64,000 nt of DNA from Candidatus Eiseniibacteriota bacterium (lineage in GTDB: Bacteria > Eisenbacteria > RBG-16-71-46): the NCBI GenBank assembly GCA_963707915.1, contig OY970178.1, positions 864,001 to 928,000 of the forward strand, written 5' to 3'. The notes under the pieces are model-generated. The model made no database searches. It was not told where the DNA came from and saw nothing but the letters and a program-made list of their open reading frames with translations. Positions 9,532-19,106 of the stretch are shown here, in pieces (positions within the stretch are counted from its first letter, which is position 1; the number at the start of each line of letters is the position of its first letter). The translations under genes and the position numbers were made by a program.

Positions 9532-12126
9532 CTACGGCCGCGACGCCGCCTGCGCCGGTCGCAGCTCGGTGAAGTAGTCGTCGCCCATCGGGGTCGAGGC
9601 GCTCACGTACCAGGCCGCGCGGCCGCGCGCGTCGAACTGGACGGTCGGGAAGACCGCCACGCCGACCAGCCCGGCCGGCGCCGGCATGATGGTCATCGGA
9701 TAGCGCCGCCACGCGCCCTCCGGCGTGCGCACGTGCAGCCACATCTCACGCACCTCGCCCACGCGCGCCCCGTCGAGCGAGGCCGAGAGCACCGTGGGAC
9801 GGTCGACGGGGATCCGTTCCGGCAGCGCGGCCACGAGCCGCGGGGCGTCCAGGCTCATCCCGAGCTGGATGCTGGCGTAGCGCAGGTTGCCGCCGGGCAG
9901 GTCGATGACCTGCACCGGGGCGTCCTCCTCGCGATAGCGCACGCGGATGCTGTGCGGGCCGCGCGGCAACTCGAGCTTGAGCGGCGTGACTCCGGACAGC
10001 TGGCCGTCGATCCACACCTGCGCGCCGGTGAGCGGCTCGGAGCCGGTCTCGTCGGCGAGCGTGGCGCGCACCTCGAGCACCCCGGTCGCGGGCGATGCGA
10101 TGGGCTGCGCCGCGAGCTCGACGGTGCGGTTCACGTGGACCTCGACCGTCTGCTCCCACGGGGCCACGCCCGGTCCCGAGAACTGCAGGCGGTGGATGCC
10201 TGGCTGGAGCTGCTCCACGTCCAGCGGGGCGTAGCCGCGCTGCATGCCGTCCACCGCGACCGAGATGGGCACGCTGCTGCCGGGCACGGTGACCTTCAGG
10301 GAGCCCCACAGTTCGGCGTCGACCGTCACCCGCTGGCCGCGCCGGCCGTTCACGGTGTGCTTCGAGCCGCCGACCCCCGAGAACGACAGGACGACCTCGT
10401 GCGTGCCGGGCTTGAGTTCCAGCGTCGCCGGGGTGCGCCGGGCCTGGTCGATGCCGTCCACGGCGATCCAAGCACCCGAGGGGCGGCTGGCGACGGTCAC
10501 CTCGTAGCGGGCGGGACCGAAGCCGATCGCCTTGAGAGCGGAGCCGGCGCTCCGGACCGCGCGCGAGAAATCCACCTGGCCGACGAACCAGCCGCCGGCG
10601 AAGAGCGCGACCACCACCGCGACGACGAACCACCGTCCCTGCCAGAACGGCCGCCCGTCCGACCTCGTGGATTCCTCGGCGTCCGGCCACGCCGGCCGGC
10701 GCACGACCGGTCGTGGGCGGAGGCCCGGGAGCGGATCGGCCCCCGCCGTCGCGATCGACTCGTCGTGCGGTCGCGGATCCGGCGCGGACTCGAGGCGCGC
10801 CGTCGATCCTTCCGCAGCGGGACCGGCGGCCACGACCGGCTCGCCGGCCGGAGCCGGCTCGGTGCCCGCGGGCACGGCCACCGCCGGCGGATCGAGCCGC
10901 TCGGATCCGGTGGGATGGACCAGGCCGGTGGCTTCGGGCTCCGGATCGAACGCCGCCATGGGACCCAGGTCGAACGGATCGACCGACGGCCCGCGCCCGG
11001 CGGCCGCAATCTCCGATCCGTCCGGAGCGTCGAGCACCGCGGCGCCGGTCGCCGGTGCATCCGCGAGCTGCGCTTCGGGCAGCGCGTCGCCGGTCGCCGG
11101 TGCATCCGTGAGCTGCGCTTCGGGCAGCGTTTCGCCGGTCGCCGGCGCATCCGCGAGCTGCGCTTCGGGCAGCGCTTCGCCGGTCGCCGGCGCATCCGCG
11201 AGCTGCGCTTCGGGCAGCGCGTCGCCGGTCGCCGGTGCATCCGTGAGCTGCGCTTCGGGCAGCGCCGCGGCGATCGACGGCACTTCGGCGACCTCCGCTC
11301 GGGGTTCCGGAATCAGGTCCGGCACTCCCGGGACGTCGTGCGCGATGGATTCCGGCTGCGCACCTCCGCGCCTTCCGGGACTGGTGAGTCCGTCCATCCA
11401 GCTGCGGAAGTGCCAGGCCCCGCGCTGCCGGGCAGGCGTCGGCACGAGTTCGCCCTCGGAAGGCGTCGCGGGCACGGCGTCGACCGCCTCCGCCGCGCGA
11501 TCGAGGCTCCCGGTCGCAGCCGACGACCCTGCTTCGCCGGGGTTCTCGGAGGATCCGGTCGGATGGCCCGGCCAGCGGGCTTCGATCTCGCCGGCACCGG
11601 GCTCCGCTCCCGCAGCGGACACGGGCCAGTGGACCCTCGCCTCCAACGCCAGGCGCGCATCGACGACCAAGGCCCGGGCGTGCCTTCCCTCCAGATCACG
11701 GACCAGGATCCACTCCGGCTCGACCACCCGGCCATCGAGCAGGACCTCGACCCGCCCCGGGCCGGTCCAACCGAAGGCGACGGAGGGGCCGGCCGCCACG
11801 CAAGCGATCGTGCACGGGGCGCCCTCCCGGACCCCACCCCAGAGCTCCGATTCGTAGAACAGGAGGCCGCTGAGCGCCTGGTGCAATGTGCGCGGGATGG
11901 GGATGGAAGTTGCCGGGTCCGGCAGGGCGGGCGACTCGCTGCCGGTCGTCCCGGCCACGCTGATGAGCTCGCTTAGCCAGGTCGCGACGTCGGCGGGGGC
12001 GAACCCCGGCGGGCTGCCCAGGAAGCCCAGTTCGAGCCCCTGTCCCCCTGCCCTGACGGCCAGAGCGTCGCCGTCGGAGCGGACCAAAACGGTCCACCGG
12101 GCCATCGGGATCACTACCTGCTCCAT
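9532..12126 (-). CDS. Single-pass membrane protein: N-terminal domain, repeat linker, TM helix, about three PEGA domains, C-terminal Ig-like domain
   Basis: PEGA-like motifs (VASRPSGAWIAVDG...TPATL, VAVDG..RGYAPL, GAQVWIDG...GVTPL); TM helix WFVVAVVVALFAGGWFVG. Confidence 0.75.
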   Translation of the reverse strand: MEQVVIPMARWTVLVRSDGDALAVRAGGQGLELGFLGSPPGFAPADVATWLSELISVAGTTGSESPALPDPATSIPIPRTLHQALSGLLFYESELWGGVREGAPCTIACVAAGPSVAFGWTGPGRVEVLLDGRVVEPEWILVRDLEGRHARALVVDARLALEARVHWPVSAAGAEPGAGEIEARWPGHPTGSSENPGEAGSSAATGSLDRAAEAVDAVPATPSEGELVPTPARQRGAWHFRSWMDGLTSPGRRGGAQPESIAHDVPGVPDLIPEPRAEVAEVPSIAAALPEAQLTDAPATGDALPEAQLADAPATGEALPEAQLADAPATGETLPEAQLTDAPATGDALPEAQLADAPATGAAVLDAPDGSEIAAAGRGPSVDPFDLGPMAAFDPEPEATGLVHPTGSERLDPPAVAVPAGTEPAPAGEPVVAAGPAAEGSTARLESAPDPRPHDESIATAGADPLPGLRPRPVVRRPAWPDAEESTRSDGRPFWQGRWFVVAVVVALFAGGWFVGQVDFSRAVRSAGSALKAIGFGPARYEVTVASRPSGAWIAVDGIDQARRTPATLELKPGTHEVVLSFSGVGGSKHTVNGRRGQRVTVDAELWGSLKVTVPGSSVPISVAVDGMQRGYAPLDVEQLQPGIHRLQFSGPGVAPWEQTVEVHVNRTVELAAQPIASPATGVLEVRATLADETGSEPLTGAQVWIDGQLSGVTPLKLELPRGPHSIRVRYREEDAPVQVIDLPGGNLRYASIQLGMSLDAPRLVAALPERIPVDRPTVLSASLDGARVGEVREMWLHVRTPEGAWRRYPMTIMPAPAGLVGVAVFPTVQFDARGRAAWYVSASTPMGDDYFTELRPAQAASRP
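11043..11265. repeat. Intragenic tandem repeat, 5 x 45 bp (LPEAQL[AT]DAPATG[DE][AT])
   Basis: Directly visible unit cgccggtcgccggYgcatccgYgagctgcgcttcgggcagcg... Confidence 0.95.
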
Positions 12127-12399
12127 GGGCCTTCCTCTCGGGCAAACCAGCCGGGCGCAACCAACAACATCCGCCCGCCCAACCTACCTAAGGTTGGACG
12201 CAAGTGTCAACGAATAACGGACTTGTGGCCCAAGACTTGCTCACCTTCCAGCATCCGGCCATTCGCCGATGTCCGCGGAGAGTCGGCCACCGGAGGGTGG
12301 AGCGCACGATTCGATTTGCATCTAGTGTGCCGCCTGCCTACCTTGCTTCAACGAATGAGCTCTGGCTTGAATGACCCCGACGACGGGAGTGACGTGGCC

Positions 12400-14286
12400 A
12401 TGCCGGTCCGTGCCTCCATCCTGAAGACCATGGCTGTCGCCCTGGCCCTGGGCTTCCTGCCAGGTCTGCCGGCCGTCGTCTCCGGGGCGGAGGGCACCGG
12501 CCCGCCCTTGTCCTTCCCCGCCGCCGATTCCCTGCGCGACCCCGCAAGCGGGCTGCGGTCGGCCTACGAGACGGCGCTGCAGCAGCGCCAGGCGGGCGAC
12601 CCGGCCTCGGCGCTGCGCACCATCGAGTCGGTCCTCTCGGGGCTCCAGGCCAGCCTGGCCGAATCGGGGAACTCCGGCCGGACCGACCTCGCGGAGCTCG
12701 AGGCCCGGCTCTCGGCCCTCTACGACGCCACCCGCCAGGACCTGCCGAACGTCCAGGTCGAGCCCGGCAACGAGGCCGACGAGACCGTCCTCAACGCCGC
12801 GGCCATCGATGCGCTCGGCACCATCGAGCCCCAGGACCACGAGCTGGTGACCCGCTGGCTGGATTTCTTCATGGGTGCCGGGCGTTCGACCTTCGAGCGC
12901 TGGCTCAAGCGCTCGGGCCGCTACATGGACCTCTTCCGCTCGGTGCTGCAACGCGAAGGCCTGCCGCCCGACCTCGTGAACCTGGTGTTCGTGGAGAGCG
13001 GCTTCAACCTGAATGCGCGCTCGGTCTCGGCGGCCGTCGGGCCCTGGCAGTTCCTGAAGAGCACCGGGAAGTTCTTCGGCCTGACCGTCGACCAGTGGGT
13101 GGACGAGCGCAAGGACCCCGAGAAGGCGACCGTCGCGGCGGCCCGCTACCTGAAGCACCTCTACGGCATCTTCGGCGACTGGCCGCTCGCGCTCGCCTCC
13201 TACAACGCCGGTGAAGGCACGGTGCTGCGCGCCATCAAGGCGCAGGGCACGACCAACTACTGGGACCTCAAGCTGCCGCGCCAGACCGAGGACTACGTCC
13301 CGCAGTTCATGGCCGCGTTGACGATCGCCCGCGATCCCGCGCGCTACGGCTTCGACTCGGTCGAACTGGACGACCCGATGGCGTTCGACGAGGTCGCGCT
13401 CAAGGGACCGGTGGACCTGCGCGCGGTGGCCCGCCTGGCGGAGTGCTCCTACGAGGAGCTCAAGGCGCTCAATCCCGCCGTGCTGCGCACCGCGGCCAAG
13501 GGTTCCGGCGGCATCGTCATGCTGCGCGTGCCGCCCGGCAAGGGCGGCGCGATCATGCAGCGCCTGCAGAGCGGCGAGCCACTGCCCACCTTGAACCTCA
13601 CGCTCCAGCACACCGTGCGCAAACGCGAGACCCTGCAGTCCATCGCGCGCCAGTACTCGGTGGACGCCCGCGACCTCGCCCGCATCAACGGCATCGGCAG
13701 GAAGCGCCCGCTGAGGCGCGGCATGCTGATCACCGTGCCGGCCTCGATGCGCGCACCGGCGACCGAGTTGATCGACCCGGCGAACGACCCGCGCGCCTCC
13801 ACCGCCTACGTGCCGCCGCGCGACCACGGCCGGCCCGCCACCCTCGAGGGCTTCTCGACCACCGAGGGCCGCACCGCCATCACCGTGGAGAAGGGCGAGA
13901 CGCTGGCCTCGATCGCCGAGCGCTACGGCGTGAGCACGCAGGACCTGATGCGCTGGAACCGGCTCAAGAGCGCACGGGTGAAGCACGGGATGCGCCTCAA
14001 GGTCCGCACTCCCGAGGCGGTCGCGGCCGACAGCGCCCGGAACGACTCGGCGCAGATCGCCGCCCTCAAGGCACCGAAGCCCCGCAGCGCGACGTCGCGC
14101 GCCAAGGCGACGGAGCCGCACCGCCGCTCGCCGGGCCGGGCCAACGTGAGCCACACCGTGCGCAGCGGCGAGACGCTCTCCAGCATCGCGCGCCAGCACG
14201 GCATCACCGTGGCCGCGTTGCGCAGGGCGAACGACCTCGGCACGTCCCGGATCCGCGCGGGCCAGAGACTTCGCCTCCCGGTCTGA
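12400..14286 (+). CDS. mltD: Lytic murein transglycosylase with LysM domains (MltD-like)
   Basis: VESGF, AVGPWQF, ALASYNAG motifs; three LysM repeats (HTVRKRETL, TVEKGETL, HTVRSGETL). Start codon uncertain. Confidence 0.88.
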   Translation: MPVRASILKTMAVALALGFLPGLPAVVSGAEGTGPPLSFPAADSLRDPASGLRSAYETALQQRQAGDPASALRTIESVLSGLQASLAESGNSGRTDLAELEARLSALYDATRQDLPNVQVEPGNEADETVLNAAAIDALGTIEPQDHELVTRWLDFFMGAGRSTFERWLKRSGRYMDLFRSVLQREGLPPDLVNLVFVESGFNLNARSVSAAVGPWQFLKSTGKFFGLTVDQWVDERKDPEKATVAAARYLKHLYGIFGDWPLALASYNAGEGTVLRAIKAQGTTNYWDLKLPRQTEDYVPQFMAALTIARDPARYGFDSVELDDPMAFDEVALKGPVDLRAVARLAECSYEELKALNPAVLRTAAKGSGGIVMLRVPPGKGGAIMQRLQSGEPLPTLNLTLQHTVRKRETLQSIARQYSVDARDLARINGIGRKRPLRRGMLITVPASMRAPATELIDPANDPRASTAYVPPRDHGRPATLEGFSTTEGRTAITVEKGETLASIAERYGVSTQDLMRWNRLKSARVKHGMRLKVRTPEAVAADSARNDSAQIAALKAPKPRSATSRAKATEPHRRSPGRANVSHTVRSGETLSSIARQHGITVAALRRANDLGTSRIRAGQRLRLPV

Positions 14287-14436
14287 CGCCGGACGGGCAT
14301 CGCGGCGCCGGACGGCGGCTCTCCTGCTCGGCCGGGGGACGCCCACATGGCGAGGGGCCGGGCAGGGGCCCGGTGCGCCCGGCCGCTCGCCGTGCCGCCC
14401 ACCCCTCGGGACCCGGATCGCGCCTTCCCTACCGCC

Positions 14437-15708
14437 TCAGTGCATCGACTCCGGGCCGTCGACCACGCCCCCGGCCGGCACGTCGCCGTCGAACTCCCGC
14501 TCGGTGACGTAGGCGCCGATGCGCGCGTTGCGCCCGACCCGGATGTCCTTCGGGACCACCGCGCCCTTGCCCACCACCAGCAGTCCGCTCGAGAGGTGCC
14601 CGGGGCAGGCCCGGTTGGGGGTATTGGAATCCCCGTGGCCCAGCAACGCGCCGTCCCCCACCCGGACCTCCTTGTCGACGATGGCGTGGTCCAGCACCGC
14701 GCCGCGCCCGACCACGACGTCGTTCATCACGATGCTGTCGCGCACCACGGCGCCCGGTTCCACCGTCACGCCGGGGAACAGCATCGAGTGCTCCACCCTG
14801 CCGGCGATCCGGCAGCCGTTGGCGACGAAGCTGCGCGCCGCCCGGCCGCCCCGCTCGAAGTAGACGGGCGGACGGTCGGCGGTCTGCGTGTGGATCACCC
14901 AGTCGGGATCGGCGAGGTCGAGCGGCGGGCTCGGCGCCAGGAAGTCCAGGTTGGTCCGGTAGTACGAGTCGAGCGTCCCGACGTCCTGCCAGTAGTCCTT
15001 GAACCGGTGCGCATGGACGTGCTCGCCACGCTCCACCAGCCGCGGCAGGATGTCCTTGCCGAAATCGTGCCCCGAGTCCAGCATCTCGGCGTCCTCCGCC
15101 AGACAGCGCACCAGCGAGTCCCGCTCGAACAGGTAGACGCCCATCGAGGCGAGGCGCGAGTCCGACCGCTCCGGCTTCTCCCGGAAGCCGGTCACGCGCC
15201 CGGACTTGTCGGTCTCGAGGATGCCGAACGAGCTGATCGACTCGGCCGGCACCTCGGTCACCGCCACCGTCACCGCCGCGTGGCTCGCCCGGTGGAAGGC
15301 GTAGAGCAGGTTGTAGTCCATCTTGTAGACGTGGTCGCCGGAGAGGACGAGCACCTGGTCGGTCCGGCGTCGCCGGAGGTGGATCAGGTTCTGGTAGATG
15401 GCGTCCGCCGTGCCCTGGTACCAGTCGCTCTGGATCGAGCCGAGCGAGGGCTGCAGCAGCTGGATGCCGCCACGATTCCGGTCGAGGTCCCACGGCCGGC
15501 CGAGACCGATGTGCTGGTTGAGCGACAGGGGCCGGTACTGCGTGAGCACGCCGATGTCGAAGATGCCCGAGTTCACGCAGTTCGAGAGCGTGAAGTCGAT
15601 GATGCGGTACTTGCCGCCGAACGGCACCGCGGGCTTGGCGCGACGCTCCGAGAGCAGGCACAGCCGGCTCCCCAGCCCGCCCGCCAGGATGAACGCGTAG
15701 CGCGACAT
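14437..15708 (-). CDS. glgC: Glucose-1-phosphate adenylyltransferase
   Basis: [37 protein letters not shown] and HDFGKD motifs. Confidence 0.93.
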   Translation of the reverse strand: MSRYAFILAGGLGSRLCLLSERRAKPAVPFGGKYRIIDFTLSNCVNSGIFDIGVLTQYRPLSLNQHIGLGRPWDLDRNRGGIQLLQPSLGSIQSDWYQGTADAIYQNLIHLRRRRTDQVLVLSGDHVYKMDYNLLYAFHRASHAAVTVAVTEVPAESISSFGILETDKSGRVTGFREKPERSDSRLASMGVYLFERDSLVRCLAEDAEMLDSGHDFGKDILPRLVERGEHVHAHRFKDYWQDVGTLDSYYRTNLDFLAPSPPLDLADPDWVIHTQTADRPPVYFERGGRAARSFVANGCRIAGRVEHSMLFPGVTVEPGAVVRDSIVMNDVVVGRGAVLDHAIVDKEVRVGDGALLGHGDSNTPNRACPGHLSSGLLVVGKGAVVPKDIRVGRNARIGAYVTEREFDGDVPAGGVVDGPESMH

Positions 15709-15709
15709 C

Positions 15710-16957
15710 TCAGACCCTGCCCTCGTACCACGCGCGGCTCGGCAACGTGCTGCCCGCGGCGATCTCGCGGGGCAGCGCGGCGAAGTCGGCGTGGAGCCCC
15801 ACCACCACCGCCCGGCCCAGGCGGGCGCCCGGCGGGATCTCCGCGTCCTTGCCGACCAGGGTGAGGCCGTCGAGCCAGGCGTGCGCCGGATCGTGCGGAC
15901 GCTCGCCGCAGCCCACCACCGCGCCGGCACCGACGGTCACGTGCTTGTCGAGGATGGCGCGGTCGACCTTCGCCCCCGCTCCGATGCGCGTGTCCGGGTA
16001 CACGATCGAATCGGTGACTTCGGCCCCGCGCTCGACCACCACGCCCGGGAAGAGCACCGAGCGCCGCACCCGCCCGGACACCTGGCATCCGTTGGCGACC
16101 AGGCTCTCCTCGGCGTCGGCGTCCTCGCCCAGGCGCACGGGCGGACGCTCCTCGTCGCGCGTGAGCACCGGCCAGCGCGGGTTGAGCAGCTCGAGGCGCG
16201 GCGCCGGCGCGATCAGCTCCAGGTTCGCGCGGTAGTACGACGCCACCGTGCCGACGTCGTCCCAGTAGCCGTTGAACTCGTGGACGTGGACCGGCTCGCC
16301 CGCCTTCAGCAGCGGCTCGATCACCCCCGCCACCAGGTCCGCCGGCCGGTCGCGGAGCAGTTCGCCCAGGGCCGCGGTCTCGAACAGGTAGACGCCCATC
16401 GAGGCGTGAGTGGCCTCGGTGCGCATCGGCTTCTCCTCGAGCCGCGTCACCCGGCCCTCCCGGTCGAACTGGACCATGCCGAAGCGCCGCGACTCCTGCG
16501 GCAGCACGCGGGTGACCGCCAGGGTCACCGTGGCGCCGCGCCGCTCGTGCACCATGAGCATGCGCCGGTAGTCCATGCGGTAGACCTGGTCGCCGGAGAG
16601 CACCAGCACGCGCGCCACGCCCAGCGCCTCGATGCGGTCCCAGTTGCGGGCGATGGCATGGGCGGTGCCCTGGTACCACTCGGAATCGCTGCGGGTGAGG
16701 TAGGGCTGCAGCATCTCGACGCCGCCGCCGCGGTGGTCGAAGCCCCACGGCCGTCCGGCCCCGATGTGGTCGTGGAGCGAGGCCGGCGCGTGCTGGGTGA
16801 GCACGCCGATCTGGGTGATCTCCGAGTGGCAGCAGTTGCTGAGGACGAAGTCGATGACCCGGTACTTGCCCCCGAACGGCACGGCGCTCACGGCCCGCTC
16901 CGCGGTGAGGACGCTCAGGGCCCGGCCACCGCCCCCGGCCAGCACCAGTCCGACCAT
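15710..16957 (-). CDS. Second ADP-glucose pyrophosphorylase-family subunit (GlgD-like)
   Basis: Paralog of the adjacent glgC with altered motifs: LAGGGGRAL, RAVSAVPFGG, SGDQ, no HDFGKD. Confidence 0.8.
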   Translation of the reverse strand: MVGLVLAGGGGRALSVLTAERAVSAVPFGGKYRVIDFVLSNCCHSEITQIGVLTQHAPASLHDHIGAGRPWGFDHRGGGVEMLQPYLTRSDSEWYQGTAHAIARNWDRIEALGVARVLVLSGDQVYRMDYRRMLMVHERRGATVTLAVTRVLPQESRRFGMVQFDREGRVTRLEEKPMRTEATHASMGVYLFETAALGELLRDRPADLVAGVIEPLLKAGEPVHVHEFNGYWDDVGTVASYYRANLELIAPAPRLELLNPRWPVLTRDEERPPVRLGEDADAEESLVANGCQVSGRVRRSVLFPGVVVERGAEVTDSIVYPDTRIGAGAKVDRAILDKHVTVGAGAVVGCGERPHDPAHAWLDGLTLVGKDAEIPPGARLGRAVVVGLHADFAALPREIAAGSTLPSRAWYEGRV

Positions 16958-17009
16958 GCGCCGCACGCCGCTCTCCCGGGTTCGAGGGTGGAAAGAGGGT
17001 TCCGCGCGC

Positions 17010-17039
17010 AGACTAGGAACCCGCCGGGGGACAAGTCAA
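17010..17039 (-). promoter_or_regulatory. Putative sigma70 promoter for the glg pair
   Basis: TTGACT-N18-TAGTCT on the minus strand. Confidence 0.45.
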
Positions 17040-17091
17040 GCGTAGCGGGGCGGAACCGGCGCTGGCCGAGCGACGGCCGGGGCCGTCCGCG

Positions 17092-18213
17092 TCACCAGGA
17101 GAACGACGCCGAGACCAGGTGCGTGAGGTCCAGGTTCGTGTCGTCGGGGAACTGCTTGTCGTTCGCCGCGAAGAAGCGGTGCAGCTGCGCGGCGTAGTCC
17201 ACCCCGACCTGCTTGTAGCGCACGCCGGTGCCGAACGCGAGGTCCTTGGCGTTCGCGCCGGCGCGCAGGGCGAGCATGCTCCGGTACCAGTACTCGACCC
17301 CGGTGCGCACGTCCCAGGTCAGCGTGCCCAGGCTCACTTCCGCGTCGGCGCTGCGGTGCTCGAAGCCCCAGGCCAGGTCCACCGCCCAGGTCAGCGCGTG
17401 CCGGTCGGCGGGATGGAACGTGAACGCCGCGCCGGTGTCGAGCGTCGGGGCGATGAGCTCGCGCGTGCCGTTGCTCCAGACCAGGTAGGTGGTGGTGAGG
17501 TCGTGGAACACCGCGCCCAGCGTCACCGCGTCGGACGGCATGTACATCACCCCCGCATCGAGACCCGCCCCGAACGAGGTCACGTGCTGCCCGAACGTCG
17601 TGTCCGGGATGCTCTGGCGCACGAACTTGAGGCTCCCCCCGAACGACCACCGCGTCCCGCGCTGCCGCGCGTAGGAGAGCAGGACCGCCAGGTCGCTGCT
17701 GCTGGCCATGTAGAGGTCCTCGGGCTTGAGCAGCAGGCGCTCGCCCCTCTCCCACACGCTGTCGGCCTGCCCGCCGCCGGGTGTGGTCGGGTCGTTGTCG
17801 GTCCCGTAGTCGAGGAAGTCGATGCCCGGGCGCAGCGCTCCGGGACGCGGCGTGATCGGGATGTCGTCCACCGCGAACCGCAGGACGCCCACGCCGAAGG
17901 CGGCGTTGCGCGCCTTGTCACCGCCGGAGCCGCCGAGCGGCCAGACTCCGCCGAGATAGTCGTGGTTGGCGAGGTTGCCGAACTTCTCCTGGTGCTGCGG
18001 GATCACCTCGCGATAGGGCAGGAAGACCATGCCCGCGGGATTCCAGTACGGCGCGGTCGCGTCGTCCGCCACGGCCGTGAAGGCCCCGCCCATGCCGAGC
18101 GCGCGGGCGCCCACCTGGATCTTGAGGAACTCGCCGGCGTACTTCGTGGCCCCGGCGGGCGCCGCCAGGAGGAGGCTGCCGAGGAATGCGGCGAGGAGGG
18201 CGTGGCTACGCAT
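17092..18213 (-). CDS. PorV/PorQ (UPF0164)-family outer-membrane beta-barrel
   Basis: Signal peptide, FLKIQVGARALGMGGAFTAVADDATAPYWNPAG motif, C-terminal SASFSW. Confidence 0.85.
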   Translation of the reverse strand: MRSHALLAAFLGSLLLAAPAGATKYAGEFLKIQVGARALGMGGAFTAVADDATAPYWNPAGMVFLPYREVIPQHQEKFGNLANHDYLGGVWPLGGSGGDKARNAAFGVGVLRFAVDDIPITPRPGALRPGIDFLDYGTDNDPTTPGGGQADSVWERGERLLLKPEDLYMASSSDLAVLLSYARQRGTRWSFGGSLKFVRQSIPDTTFGQHVTSFGAGLDAGVMYMPSDAVTLGAVFHDLTTTYLVWSNGTRELIAPTLDTGAAFTFHPADRHALTWAVDLAWGFEHRSADAEVSLGTLTWDVRTGVEYWYRSMLALRAGANAKDLAFGTGVRYKQVGVDYAAQLHRFFAANDKQFPDDTNLDLTHLVSASFSW

Positions 18214-18274
18214 CGAACGGACCTCATGGTGAACGGAGCCGGACCAATGAGACCGAGCCTACGGGCGCGCTCGT

Positions 18275-18874
18275 TCAGATGTCAACCGCCCGGGGGATGG
18301 AACGCCACTGCGGGAAGCTCGCGGTTCCCAGGCCGCGCGCGATGCGCCAGCCACCGTGCAAGCGCACCAGCTCGTGTCCGGTCTGGAAGCGCTGTTCCGC
18401 CATCGCGCCCAGCGGACGGAACCGCACTTCGTAACTCACGTAGAGCCTCCCGGCCGCGACCGGCAGCGAGCGGAAGCTCTCGAGCCGGACCTCGCGCGTG
18501 GGCGGCATGAACCACAGCATCCCGGGGAACGGCTGCCCCTCGGTGCCCTCGAGCACGCACTCGCCCGCCGTCGCCGCGTCGCCGTCCCGCAGCGCGGACC
18601 AGTACGTGGCCAGGGTGGCGCTGGGCGTGCGGAACCGCGGGTCCACCACGCAGCGTTCACCCTGGCCGAGAAGCGCGAACGCCGCGATCCCGACCAGGGC
18701 GAGATGTCGAGCACGGATGCGTTTATGCGGAACAACAGTCTCCCCGTCCCCCCATTGACGGTCACCATGACCTACACCGGATGGCGTGGCGGTTGTTCCG
18801 GAATTCTCGGCCCCCCCGTCGGCCACGGGCGTCGCGCTGGCGGAAAGGCGGGGTGGCAGGCGGTCCAGTTGCAC
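18275..18874 (-). CDS. Hypothetical exported protein (possible NTF2-like fold); true start probably near 18740
   Basis: Hydrophobic LALVGIAAFALLG followed by TPSATLATYWSAL...GWRI. Confidence 0.5.
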   Translation of the reverse strand: MQLDRLPPRLSASATPVADGGAENSGTTATPSGVGHGDRQWGDGETVVPHKRIRARHLALVGIAAFALLGQGERCVVDPRFRTPSATLATYWSALRDGDAATAGECVLEGTEGQPFPGMLWFMPPTREVRLESFRSLPVAAGRLYVSYEVRFRPLGAMAEQRFQTGHELVRLHGGWRIARGLGTASFPQWRSIPRAVDI

Positions 18875-19106
18875 GGCAGGCTCCTCCGACCCGGGCGGGC
18901 CCGGGGCTACGCAAGGCGCTCCATGCCGGCACGCGCAGACCCTCGTGGGCTACGGTCTTCCAATTGAAGGAGAGCGCACGAAGCGTTCCCGGCGGGGAGC
19001 CGGGAGGAGAAGCCACGCGCGGCCCGCCGGAGCGGGACGCGCGCATGCTCAAGTCCTTGGGCGGACTTGGATTCGGACGATCCGGGAACGTCTACCCGAA
19101 GCGGGC

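Noticed and set aside
11043..11265. 45-bp repeats as a CRISPR array
   Set aside because: Head-to-tail units without unique spacers, in frame within a CDS; no cas genes in the window.
1211..11976. Very long plus-strand ORFs (1123 aa, 1876 aa) and similar antisense ORFs across the window
   Set aside because: Shadow frames opposite well-supported genes; expected at this GC content; Arg/Pro/Gly-rich with no motifs.
12140..12165. GGCAAACC...GGGCGCAA resembling a c-di-GMP-I riboswitch
   Set aside because: Lacks the GNRA-capped stem and the downstream receptor stem; adjoins the RBS of the opposite-strand gene.
18880..19100. Long intergenic region as 6S RNA, SRP RNA or tmRNA
   Set aside because: No diagnostic motifs or long closing helix recognised.
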